From Carcharhinus amblyrhynchos (lineage: Eukaryota): 64,000 nucleotides of DNA. The notes beneath the pieces are model-generated. The model saw only the letters and a program-made list of their open reading frames with translations, had not been told where the DNA came from and made no database searches. Below, one piece after another: positions 13,701-25,819 of the stretch (positions within the stretch are counted from its first letter, which is position 1; each line of letters opens with the position of its first letter). The position numbers and the translations under genes are program-made. The stretch spans positions 12,524,001 to 12,588,000 of the forward strand of contig OZ336900.1 in assembly GCA_965287045.1 (NCBI GenBank), in the 5' to 3' direction.

Positions 13701-14217
13701 ACGATGGCATTGTGGTTAGCACTGCCACCTCACAGCACCAGGGACCCGGGTTCAATTCCCGGCTTGGGCCACTGTCTGTGAGGAGTCTGCACATTCTCCC
13801 TGTGTCTGCGTGGGTTTCCTCCGGGTGCTCCAATTTCCTCCCACAGTCTGAAGGACATGCTGGTTAGGTGCATTGACCCAGACAGGGGCCAGAGTAGGTA
13901 CAGAGGAGATGTCGGGGTAAGTTTTTCAATCAGAGGGCGGTAGGTGAGTGGAATCGGCTGCTGTCAGTGGTGGTGGAGGCAAATTCGATAGGGTCTTTTA
14001 AGAGACTTCTGGATGAGTACATGGGACTTAATAGGATTGAGGGTTATAGGTAAGCCTAGTAGGTAGGGATATAATCGGTGCAACTTGTGGGCCAAAGGGC
14101 CTGTTTGTGCTATAGTTTTTCTATGTTCTATGTTCTAACTAGGGGAATTTCACAGTGACTTCATTGTAATATTAATGTAAGCCTTACTTGTGATTAATAA
14201 ATAAACTTTAAACTTTA
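13701..14217 (+). mobile_element. tRNA SINE (alternative-tail type) interrupted by a CR1-like 3' fragment at ~13896-14137
   Basis: SINE head and core run to ..ggggccagagt, then CR1 sequence ends (ttctatg)n, then the SINE tail resumes at actaggggaatttcacagt..aataaataaac. Confidence 0.85.
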
Positions 14218-14289
14218 TTTAGTATCCGGATACTGATGAGCAGAAAGATTCCACCAACAAAAACATGTTAAAAGAGGGATACGAATGCC

Positions 14290-14620
14290 TTAGGGCTGTG
14301 ATTAATGAAAAGAGACTCTCCAAACTGAATTTGTCATTGGAGAAGTTAGTTCAGGAAAGGATCCAGATCTTTAAAATGCTGATAGCCATGGATAATATGG
14401 ATGTAAGCAGGTTATTTAACTTGGATGGTAAGAGCAGAACTACAGGAAATGAGAACAGAATTAACAAGCCTGAGGCAGGACTGGAGATTAGAATGTTCTT
14501 TCCCCCACAGAGTAGTGTGGATATTGGAACAGACTCTTAGCAAAAGCAGTTCAGCCTGTGCTGATTAACTCCTTTAAGAGGAGCAGCTACATATCTGGTT
14601 AAAGGTAGAACTGAAGATTA
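14290..14620 (+). mobile_element. Old degraded CR1-like fragment
   Basis: ORF 14265..14540 shows decayed CR1 C-terminal similarity (ERIQIFKML..RLF..SRTTG..FF.Q). Confidence 0.55.
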
Positions 14621-15128
14621 TAATGATATGTGCAGACAGAGATGATCAATGGCTTTCGGAAGCACAATGGTTCTTGTGACACCGACGCCATGGAAACGTC
14701 ATTGGTTGGAGGCAGCTGGTCAGGATTGAATAATGGGCCTTGTTAGGATAGATTGATATTCTGGAGTTTCAGTCAATTATCTTAGGGAGACAGGGAGAAA
14801 TTTCACACAACTTTCCCTTAGGAGATTAAATATGTTGGGTAGAGTCCACAATAGCAGAATATGTGCATGGTTGTGAAAGGAGTGGGATTGATGAGGCAAC
14901 TGGCCTTTTATGTTTTTATGTATTCTTGAATATATTTTCATTTCAGTTGGAACAAAATGTTGCCTCACTACCCTGAACAATCATCCCCGACCTTACTCAG
15001 GAATTTGGAACTTAAATTCTGGCTTTCCGTCACTCCAAATTTACACGTGTTGTGTAAAGATTGGCTGTTTAAGACATTAGACTGTCTTTCTCCATCAGAA
15101 TAAGGCACGGTTGGTGTTTAGTGGATAA

Positions 15129-15263
<135 letters not shown>

Positions 15264-17280
15264 TAATAATTTCATCATTTTTCCATCAGTACCTTGTTAT
15301 TAGTGATAATTTGCAACCAATGTACACCTTGAATGCAATAAAATATTAAGGTTTTTGCACCAACAGTGAATTAGTGGAGGGCTTGCCGGACGTCAATGAT
15401 TTCTGTTAATAGCTTGTCCATGATGATCAGAGATGGAGTGCAGTATAGTCGTTAAACTTCCATTTACTCACCCAATGAACACTGTATCTAAACAACAAAC
15501 TATAAATTCCTGTTATCCAACACACTTATTTTAAACAGTTTTCACATATACAAGTGCATGTTTTATTGCAACTCCACCATTAATTATAGTCCCTATTTGG
15601 CAGAGTTTGGTTCTGCAGTAATAAAGTTTGTTACAGAATATAAAGCCTTTACATAGGATGTGGACAAAGGTTAGTGTGTGTGAAAATTGAACTCTTTAAA
15701 CAACATTCTAAGTCAACGCTTAATGTCCTAAAAGCTATGTGCTTTTCAGATTCCCGCAAACAGTGAAATTATCATTTTAAGGAAAAACATAAGGAATTTT
15801 TTACTTGTAATGTGCATCAGAATGGGAAGAACTTGGGTTCCACTTTAATTTTTAAGGTTTATCTCCATGCCACCTGCCGATAGGATGGACCAATAACCTG
15901 CTCCAATGCTACTCTGAACTTGGCCAACAAAATAGGATGAAGAGTGGCTGTGGGATATCTCTCTTTGACTTATCTTCCTACTTACTCAGTGGCTTAGTGC
16001 CTGGCCCCTGTTGGTCACCGGCACATGGCAGTGTGTCTACACCAGCAATGTCCTTCATCCACTCGTTAACCTAGTCAAATAACTAAGGCAAGAGAAATTA
16101 AATGGAGAGCAACATTTTTTAGGCTATATGAAAGGAAGTTTAATTACCTGAAAGGAAGGCAGGTTTAGATTAACATTATGCCATTAATACATAATGGGAA
16201 ATCTGGGAAAATTAATGAATGCTGCAGATTGGGGAGCGAAAAATAATTAGCATTAATGTGATTAAGCTGTACGCAAAAAATTAAAAAATATACTTGGAGA
16301 ATAACGGTGTGCCTAAAATGAGGAGTCCAAATTTTAGTCTATTAATGATGTGATGTAGAACAGATGTATAAATAAAATGACATGATTAGTGAGGCTGAAG
16401 AAAGAGCTTGTCAGAACTAAACTGCCGCTGTTTGAAAACTCTAGAGGTAATGCTCCAAGTCAGCTGGAAAAACAAAGACAAATCCTTGCCAAATGCATTG
16501 TATTTCACAGCCCATAATGGTGGAGCATGCAATATGCAATACTTGAGTACAGTACCAGAAATGCAGAGGTTTTTTTTTGATAAGGGCACACATCTTAGTA
16601 GTTGCTGTCACATTTAGAATGGAATTCCAGCAGATTTATCATTATATTGGCATTAGTCATGTCACATTGTTAACATATACCTGACCTACTTAGCCACTTG
16701 TCCAAACCTTTTAGGCCCATTATTAATAATTTAAACAAAAAAAAACTTGGTGCCTCCACAGAGGTCAAGAATAATTAAAGTGAGTAGCTTTATCTTTTTT
16801 TAAAAAGAAAACCCTAGCTGCTTGAAAGCAAAACAAAAATTCTGCTTAAAAGTATCATTATTTTTTCATTGTAATCTAAATTATTCAAGGAACAGTCCAG
16901 AATTTGCAAAGAAGATTTCCTTTCTGTGGGTGGGATGGGAGGAAGTGCAATAGTAATTCCAGTTTTTTTTTTGAAGAGTTGTATGAGATGATTTTTTTTA
17001 GAAAAAATGCTAAAGTTTGGTATTTCTTCTGTGTGTGTGAACTTATTTCTTAAGCATTCACCCCTTCTAGGTTTGTCTCACTGTTGTAGAACATGTAATG
17101 GGGAAAAGAGAAAACACAAAACACAGTTACATATAAACCTTTTTCCGTGGAATTCAGGCACATGAGATTCCATGTATGAAATGATTGCAAGTACCTTTTG
17201 ATGATTGATGTATTTTTAATTTATTTTTCTCCCTGCTGCCCTGGAACATGAAACTCTATAATTTAACTGCACACTGGTAG

Positions 17281-17289
17281 TGATCTATT
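17281..17289 (+). CDS. KCNMA1: KCNMA1 alternative 9-nt microexon (IYF insert)
   Basis: ggtag|TGATCTATT|gtgagt, phase 1-1. C|TG ATC TAT T|.. reads L-I-Y-F/S, the known 3-aa Slo1 insert upstream of STREX. Confidence 0.9.
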
Positions 17290-17929
17290 GTGAGTAAAAA
17301 CGGGTTCCCTGTTGCCCAGAGTGCGATCCAACTTGTCTACCTTAAGCAAGAGATTTTTATGTTGCATGTGTAGCAGTTACATCATACGTACACATCATCT
17401 TCAGCACTGCCCACAGATCACTTTGAATCTGTAGAAAATACAGCAGCCCAGCGGCAAGATACCAGCAGAAATAAAATTGTGATTCTGTTAAAGGAAAGGA
17501 AGTGAGTGGAATTCAGCTTCACAGCTCAAGTCAGCTATAGCCAAGTGTCCCTGTTGTTGCTTGGATATAGCAGAATGCAGAAAGATAAAATGAATATTGC
17601 GTTCATTCCAAAACCTCCTTGCAAGATTTCCACCTTACTTTGTTGACTTGAGGAGCAAAAGAGGCTGGCGGCCACTGCTGCCATTTTTATCACCCATGTT
17701 GCCATTTTTGTTACCAGAATGCCATTGTAACTCTCTTTAAGCAACATGAAGAAGTGGAACTGTACAAGTGACCTCAAATGTGGGGCAGAAGCAACTGCCC
17801 TGTTCCTCTGGAGACTTTAGTCAGACCATAAGTCTGAGGATGGCGTGTATGTCATTGGTGTCAGGGCTGTCACGTCCAAAATGATCAGGAATTCCCATCG
17901 CGTGGCACTGGGTGAAGACTGTGCCTTAA

Positions 17930-18220
17930 AAGGTGGGGGCAAAGAGGTTCCAGATTTGGTCTTCTAGTTAGTTGATCTCACCATGACAGTAGTTAGAATG
18001 TTACAGTCAATGCCAATACCCCCATATCAGGTGGAGGGAAAGCTATGGTCTAGGTTCCTGCTCCTAGCTGTAAATCCTTGACCAAATGATTGAAAGTGTG
18101 TATGCATAGCCATCATATGAGACTTGCCCATGTGGTTGAATAGTTTGTCTATACTCATTAGTGAGGGCCACCATACCTGTGAAAATCATCCTTGCATAGA
18201 AGAAAGCATTCAGGAGAGAA
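17930..18220 (+). mobile_element. Ancient degraded SINE-like repeat
   Basis: ttagttgatctcacc..ggttcctgctcc..gtggttgaatag..attcaggaga pattern. A related inverted copy appears at ~52600-52990. Confidence 0.45.
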
Positions 18221-20644
18221 AGTAGGAACGTTTCTGCCTAGGATATTTTTTAAAAGGCTGAGATTTGCCAGAAGGAATGTGTTATTTCTACATTTGATTT
18301 CTCAGTTTTTTTGGAGGAATGTTCAAATCCAGGATAGGCAGACAGATGAGATAAATCTCACTGATTCTTCACCAATAAATCTTGATCAAACCGCCCAATC
18401 CAATGCCCATTTACAAGTTAGCAAACAAAACCAAACATTTTCAAATCTTTCTTTGACAAAAGTACAGCTCTGGCCCTGACACTCTGCTCCATTCAGAAAA
18501 ACAGAGGCAGTGAACTAAGTCCTTTGCTTTTTATTATTGAAACTATAGAGATAATTTGGGCACTCTCACCTTTTTGAGAGTACTCTTAATCTCCAATTTA
18601 ATATTGCTGCTGTATTTTCACTGAAGAAACCATCTTCTATGGGAAGTCCTACAAATTGAGGAACTATAATGAGGAGAAAAAGTTTATTCATCACCAATCA
18701 AAATAACCATCTTATTCCCACAACTCTTCATTCCATTCTTTTTCTTTTTATGCAAATAATCATCACTAGCTATTGAATTGAAATGAATTTGTCGCCATTT
18801 CAATTCTTCTTGGTAGTTGGGCCCTTTTTTACTCACTACCCGTGACTGGATCCTGACAGCTTCCACATTTTGCTGAGCATGGTGCTCTGTGATGTCCATC
18901 CACTAGATGTCCTCAGAGACCTTCTCATTCCTCCTCTTCTGGTCTCCAACAGCGCGCGGGTATCTCAGGTCCTCCTTGATGCTGATTTTTCCAAAAAACA
19001 TCACCTTTTCAATACAAATGGCAGTATAAACATGTTTTTGCAAGGATTCCATATAGCAGTTTGTGTGTCGAGTTAGTGGACACGTCCTTCGTGTGTAGAA
19101 TTACATGCATCTCATCAACAACTAACATTTCCCAACATGTCATTGTCTGAAAGTGCTATTACTGTTTGTGTTTTATTTCCACAATGAATGCAATGTATTT
19201 ATTACAGCATGGATTTGTTTGAGACACAAGCTATACTGTTAATGTTTATGAATGCTTCAATCTTAATAACCCTTATTGAATTTTTGTTGTTACTTTATTT
19301 ATTATCGCCAAGGTTGAAGCCTGTTATTTTTTACCAGCATGCTGTTATTTTGATAGTTCTGCATGGACTCAAAAATAGTTCCTCAAGTCTTCCTTTTTTT
19401 AAAAAAAAAAATGGGCACCCGCAAGTCGTCTACACAATTCCCCCGTTGATTGGGGAGAATAATTTGGCTGAAGTATTTGGTTTCATTTCAAGAAACAAGA
19501 TCAAAAAACGGTTCATCTCCCTCTAGATTCCATTCCTTTTAAAGACTTGTCAGACTCAATTAATGTCACGCTGAAAAGATTGGCATCATTCAAAGGAAGA
19601 CAAGAGGCCGATGCTGCCCAGCATCACCAGCATTTATGAGGCTTTGATGCTACTTTCTTCATTGAAATACCAGTGCTAACCGACTAGTCTTGTTGCGTGC
19701 ATTGAACAGGCTTAGTGCTGCATGATATGATCATTCTTTTCTCAGCTAGCGGATAACCTAAAAAAAAACTGCTGAAAATTAATGTTTTGCAACTAACCGC
19801 TGAAAAGATTGCAGAGAAATGGGGATGCTACTGAAGATGCCTCTCATTCATCACCCTCCAGTGCCTTTTTTTCCTCGATCATAGCGTGACCCTTGCTTGG
19901 CCAGTAATTTTGATATAAATGGCCTTAGGTCAGTGCTTGACTCAGTCGAGAGCTTTAAATATGTCCTTCACGTGGCATAATGGCTTGTTCATCCAAGGCT
20001 GATTTTGTTTTACTTGATATGAGTAACTTAAATTATTCCTCATTACCAGTACATTAGGTTTATTATCAAATAATATGGTTTTATATTATTTATATTACAA
20101 ATTTCATTGAACAAGTGAATCAATTAGCACAATAACCATTTCGGCATCATGTGTGCTTGAAAGAATTGGACCTGTATTTTATGTGCCACCTTAATTTTGA
20201 CATGCTCATTAGCACAGTAGTAATTATGAGGAAAATGCTAATTATACCAAATTCTTGCCAGCACATGCTTGTGCAAAAACAAGGGAGAGTGGCGAAAAGA
20301 ACAATCATTAAAATACAATTCTGTTTCTGTCAATTGCCTGCTTTGGCTAAATTGTTTTAAAAGGGATATGATGTGCAGGTCTGCAATTGAAATTTTCAGC
20401 AACTTCTTGTGTTCCTGTGGAATAGTATCCCGTGCGGCATGAACTTGAAATATCTAAGAATGTGAATTGTATATTCAAAGTTACCTTCTGAGCTCTTTCT
20501 TTTGAACTTTTTAAAGATGATTTTCTTGTCGCTACTTTCATGAAATAGTCTTAGCTCTTCTTCTTGTCAAGCCTGCTTATGTTACTAAGGCCTGTATTAG
20601 ATCCCTTGTTAATTCCTTTCCAACTGCCAGACTGAGTAACCTTG

Positions 20645-20693
20645 CCATTAACCTGCTCCTCTTCCTCTCCTTCCATCGAAAACATGATTATAG
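20645..20693 (+). promoter_or_regulatory. STREX 3' splice site with branch point, pyrimidine tract and CaRRE1-like element
   Basis: ccattaac (branch-like), then ctgctcctcttcctctccttcc, then AACATGATTAT(AG). The last is one mismatch from the CaMKIV-responsive consensus CACATNRTTAT and sits in the same position as in mammals. Confidence 0.7.
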
Positions 20694-20867
20694 CCAAGAT
20701 GTCCATCTACAAGAGAATGAAACTCGCATGTTGTTTTGATTGCGGACGCTGTGAGCGTGACTGCACTTGCATGTCAGACAGTGTACATAGTAACTTGGAC
20801 ACCCTTGAGAGAACCTTCCCACTTTCTTCTGTCTCTGTTAATGATTGCTCCACCAGTTTACGTGCCT
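20694..20867 (+). CDS. KCNMA1: KCNMA1 STREX (stress-axis regulated) alternative exon: (P)KMSIYKRMKLACCFDCGRCERDCTCMSDSVHSNLDTLERTFPLSSVSVNDCSTSLRA
   Basis: tatag|CC...GCCT|gtaagt; exactly 174 nt, phase 1-1. The Cys-rich sequence matches STREX. Confidence 0.97.
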
Positions 20868-21629
20868 GTAAGTTTAACATCATGCTGTTCCATGTCCGTC
20901 CTATGTGGGGTCGTCCCTTCTGTGTTGTATTCTGTGGTCCAGTAAGTTGTATTTTAGTTGCCACTGCTGCTGCGTTCATTGAGCTTCCTAGTGACAAAGT
21001 TGGCTATGTGTGCTTTGCTAGAACTTGGGTCTGTGGATTAGCATGGGGGACCCACAGTACCGCTTTGATGTGGATGTTCTTGGTACGGTGTGGTATTGAA
21101 GTTATTCCATGTCGTTAAATGTCATTCTGGATAAACAATGGAGAAGTGACTTCATTAAAGTTAAAGTACACGACTAAAATGGGAGATGGGTTGGGGGGAA
21201 ATATCCTCTTGAATTAAGCTGATTTATTTCTAATTATTGCTGTGTTTTAATTTTATAAATGTTCTTTCATTATCTCTTTCTGTCAAAAGTACTCAATGCC
21301 CATGGTTATGTGAGCCCAGAGCATTGCCAATACGTCCTGGTATGACAAACTTGAACATCCCATTCTTATGTGCTTGGTGCCAAGAGCTGCAACATTCAAT
21401 ATCATTCCAGTTTCTTATTGGTGGGACAACCAATAGTGAAACTTAACCCCCAGATTAGTGACATGTTGGTAAATATGGAACTAATTCCAACATATAGTAT
21501 TATCATTACTCTGGAATTAAACCACTAAACTCCATGACTGTCTAAACATCAGAAATGTTGTAAGGATCATTTGGGAATGGTGGTGGATGTTAAAACCCTT
21601 TAAAGCGATTGACAAACACTGACACTGTA

Positions 21630-21746
21630 GCTGGTATTTTGCGAACTCGCTCGGGCGAGGCTTGTAAAATCCCGCCCTGGGCCCAACAGAGAGTTCCGTT
21701 TTACGAGCTTCGCCTGCCCCGATCCTGAGGCAGTAAAATTCTGGCC
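21630..21746. mobile_element. Short GC-rich MITE-like element
   Basis: Imperfect terminal inverted ends (gctggtatttt / aaaattctggcc). The core ctcgggcgag is shared with the 50548 and 53145 copies. Confidence 0.6.
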
Positions 21747-22654
21747 TGTGTGTCCATAAATTAGCAATGAGTGGGCCAAATGAATGTAAAATGATCTGTA
21801 AAATTGGTATTTGGATGCCAGGCTAGGGATCCTGCAGTTTTCAGACCAGCATTGGATCCCCTAGCCTAGAAGTTTAATTAGTTTTACACTACTTTGGCAA
21901 ATATGCAAAAATTGGGAATTGAAATATTTGAGCCTGCTCTGCTGCTGGATAGCAGGGCCCCTTTGAGAAGCAGTAATTCTGTCAGCTTATTTCACAACAT
22001 ACTATTCTGTTTACACCGGGAGGTAACATTTAGATTGAATGACCAGCCTGACACCATAGTGTTTTACTTGGGGCAAAAAAGTTGCCAGAGATCTTAATCT
22101 AGCTGTTCATAAAAGACAGACTGCAAAGGCATTGAGTTGCGCCCAACTTTTAAACTGTTATTGACAGTTAACCTCACTTGGAGCTGGAGTAAGCCATCTC
22201 TGAAACATGCAGAGCAGCTTCCAAATGTAGTCTGAATAGAACATAAGTTATACCTGTATTTTTTTTGCATTGATGCTGGGAAACAATGCAAAGATGTGCA
22301 GAATAACTTGCTGTCAGTTGCCAAAACTTAATTTATATAAGTGATGTGAGATCAACTTGTATCACTTTTTTCCTTTTGACCTTATATTGGTTTCGCCATA
22401 ATGGAAACTGGTGGCCATTAAGTTGAAAACATATTTAGGCCTCTTAGGTTTTAGCATTTTTAATCTTAGACTGTTCACAAATATTAAAATTTAGCCAAAG
22501 CTTGGAAACCGCTGAATAGAGCTCTGCACCAATGTGTGCAGCATTTACTGAAGGATGATGAGGGAGTTGGCAGTATATTTCAGGTCAGCAAACTCTGCAT
22601 CACTAAGAACATAGAAATCCCCCAAGCCCATTCCTCAAAACATCTGCTGATTTC

Positions 22655-23210
22655 AGCTTGCATTTATATAGCACCGTAAATACAAAACAATGTCCCATGA
22701 TGATTCACTGCAGCATGAGGAAAACTGAGAAGATGATATCGGGAAGGGAGACCGAAAGCATCATCAAAGAGGTGTTTTTTTAACAGAGGACTTTAATTTA
22801 GGCAAGAGGGACATGGAAGAGCAGAGGGGTATAAAGTGGGAATGCCAGAGAGTGGAAGCCAGTTGGCTGAAACAACAGCCTTGGAGCACAGGGGGAGAGG
22901 GCGAGATGCACAGGAAACTGGACTGGGAGGAATGCATGGTTTGGAAGGGAATTGAGGAGATTTCATCATTCATGACTAGTGAGATCCTTGGTGGATTGAA
23001 TTTTAAATTTTAGCATATAGGAGTTGGGATAATAAGGGAGGAGAAGAGTGGTGAAGAAGTAGGGATTGTTGTGGGTGAGAAACTGGGCAGCAGAGTTATT
23101 GATGAGCTGAAAGTTTGAAGGATGGCAAGCTGGCTGGCAAAGATGATATTAAAGGTATCAAAGTGGGAGGTGATTAAGTCTTGAATAAGCCCTTCACTGG
23201 ATGATGGGAT
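22655..23210 (-). mobile_element. Degraded L2-like LINE fragment
   Basis: Begins cagcttgcatttatatagcacc (reverse complement of an L2 tail), followed by purine-rich decayed sequence. Confidence 0.55.
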
Positions 23211-24959
23211 GTCAGATATCAGTCTCAAATTGCATCACTCTATGCAAGCACCAGTCTCAAACGATGATGCAAGCACAAATCAGCACTTTAAGTAGTTACC
23301 AACCTCAAATTTTGCCCCTTTAAGCAGAAGCCATTCACTTGAAACGCTCAACCTTAAACCCCAATTCTCTAAACAGGTACTGTTTCTAACTGTGGACCTA
23401 GTACACTTAGATCTTTATAATCTGTTGAAGATTAATATCTAAGATGAAAACTGCTATGTCATTTTTATTTTGACATTAGTTGTAAACTTTACTACTTTGC
23501 AATTCCATTTTAGTTGATTGTACAGTGCAGCTTGTTTTGGTTTACACCTATTCATTGATGAACTGCAAACTTTTCCTGCTTTCATGGGAATAATTCCAGT
23601 TCTTGAAGACTGTAAATCCAGTAGGCACGCACGCAATAAAAGCAGCCTGGTTCAGAGCCTGCTTACAAATAGTTCGTGAAATCAAGGGGGAAAGAAAGGA
23701 CACTGAGTGGTGAGATTCAGATTTTCATTAAATTAATATGAGCAGATGTGAAATGTTGACTATTTGACAATTAGAAATGGCAGCAGTGGGGGATGGAATC
23801 AAAGAGAGGTCAAATGTACAGATCACATTTCCTTTCTTACATTCTTCAGCTGCTCTGACAATCAGCTTGAATTAGTGTCAGTTCAGCTATGATGCTTTTT
23901 GCCCTTTGTCTTTCGCTGTGGTACTAGATTGCTTCCCTAGATACTCATTAAAACCCATTATATCATTACTTGGCTTGGTTTCAGTATGGACCCCAGTAAT
24001 GTTAGCACACTCCATGGTTTTGTCAGATAATTTTCTTTCATTACAACACAATTTTGATATTTCAGTAAGATCACATAGCTGGTCCCACAAATTGGCAAAC
24101 GCAATAATTACTTTGGACGTTTCCTGGCCCATCCTCAATGTACATGCTGCATTTCAAAGGCAAGTGAGAGAGCGTCCTCGTATTGAAGTTTAGATCCTCA
24201 ACACGTTGGATTGTGCTTGTAGCTGTAAGCTTTTTCTGCAAAGGAAGTCAGAATGCCAGGTGAACAAAAAAATTGCTTGGGGTCTGTGCTTGTGTTGTAC
24301 TATTTCATATTAATATATCAAACACGTGGGGAAGAGACACAATTTAAGCAAACAATTTAGAAAGCTTGAGATGTACTAATGACATTTTTGCCTTTCCTTT
24401 TCCCTGAACGCTCAGCAGTCAAGTGTTCCCCAAGCAAAGCTGTATTTTAGCTTGCAGCAATTGGTATCCGTTTCAAGAGGGGCTTCTTCCATGTATTTAC
24501 AGCAAACACAGCCACACATCTTGGTGACATTTAAAGAAACGCTTGCATGTTTACACTGCAGTCCTGGTCCAGAGGACCTGGGCGTTTTGCAAACACAATT
24601 GTTGACAATGTGTAGAGGCAGCTGGGAGCTGATATTCACACAACTAGAAAGGGAACAGAGTGGCAGTTGGCATGGATGAAAGTAAAACATGAAAACTGAA
24701 ATACAAAAACAAAAGCTGCACCCAATTTCTTAAACTGTGGCACACGTTTCTCTGCGACCCACTTAAATATAGACCAAAGTTCAGTTGGTCAAAATCCTGT
24801 TAGGTGTCATTTCCAACAGCTGCTAATGTGAGTGGGAACAGTCAGCACAAGTCTGAAACACCTTTCCCTGTTTCATGCTTACACACAACTGTTCCACTCA
24901 TCAGATCACAGATTCTAAACCTATTGTTGGAATTAGGAGTCTGAGCAAAAATAAAGTAT

Positions 24960-25440
24960 CACATAGAGATACAATACAGAAACAGGCCCTTTGGCCCCAC
25001 TTGTCCATGCCGACCAACTTTCCTAAACTGAACTAGTCTTATTTGCCTGCATTTGGCCCATATCCAACTAAACCTTTCCCATCCATATACCTGCCCAAAT
25101 GACTTTTAAATATTGTAATTGTCCCCACTTCTACCACCCCCTCTGGGAGCTCATTCCATACACACACCACCCTCTGTATGAAAAAAGGTGCCCCCCAGGT
25201 TCCTTTTAAATCTTTGCTCCTTGGACCTTAAACCTATGCTCTCTAGCTTTGGATCCCCTACTCTGGGGAAAAGACCTTGGTTATTCACCTTATTTATGCC
25301 CCTCACGATTTTATTAGCCTCTAAGGTCACCCCTCATCCTCCTACACTCCAGAGAAAAAAGTTCCAGCCTATTCAGCCTCTCCTTATAATTCCAGTCTCA
25401 GTAACATACTTGTAAATCTTTTTTGCGCACTTCCCAGTTT
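24960..25440 (-). mobile_element. CR1-like LINE 3' fragment
   Basis: catagagatacaatacagaaacaggcccttt.. is the reverse complement of a CR1 tail, followed by RT C-terminal remnants. Confidence 0.8.
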
Positions 25441-25819
25441 GTGTCTTGAGGTTTAATCCTTCCTTTGCATCCAATTCACATTTGTTCCTCAAGTATCCAC
25501 AATGCCCAGCTCTGCACCTTCACTGTAGCAACAGCCCCCAAACTTATCACCATCCCAAACGTCGACTCCCCCACTGCCTGACTCCTTTGCAGAATCCAAT
25601 AGTCCTTCACACTACAACAATTGGTTTTTAAAATTTTAAGATCCATACCTTTGCTTTCAGATCCCTTCTGTGGCCACACCCTCTTCCCTACCCCTGTCAC
25701 CTTCCACCTGGATGAACTGAGATTCAAGGTTCCTTGTTTCACACAGGCTTCACTCTCCCATCTTATGCTATTTATCCTGCACACAAAGGGTAGAGCGAGT
25801 CTGCCACACTCTTCTCAAA

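Noticed and set aside
17400-17420. REST/RE1-like TTCAGCACTGCCCACAG
   Set aside because: It lacks the critical GG of the GGACAG half-site and has further mismatches.
20707-20997. 96-aa antisense ORF over STREX
   Set aside because: No recognisable protein; explained as the shadow of a coding exon.
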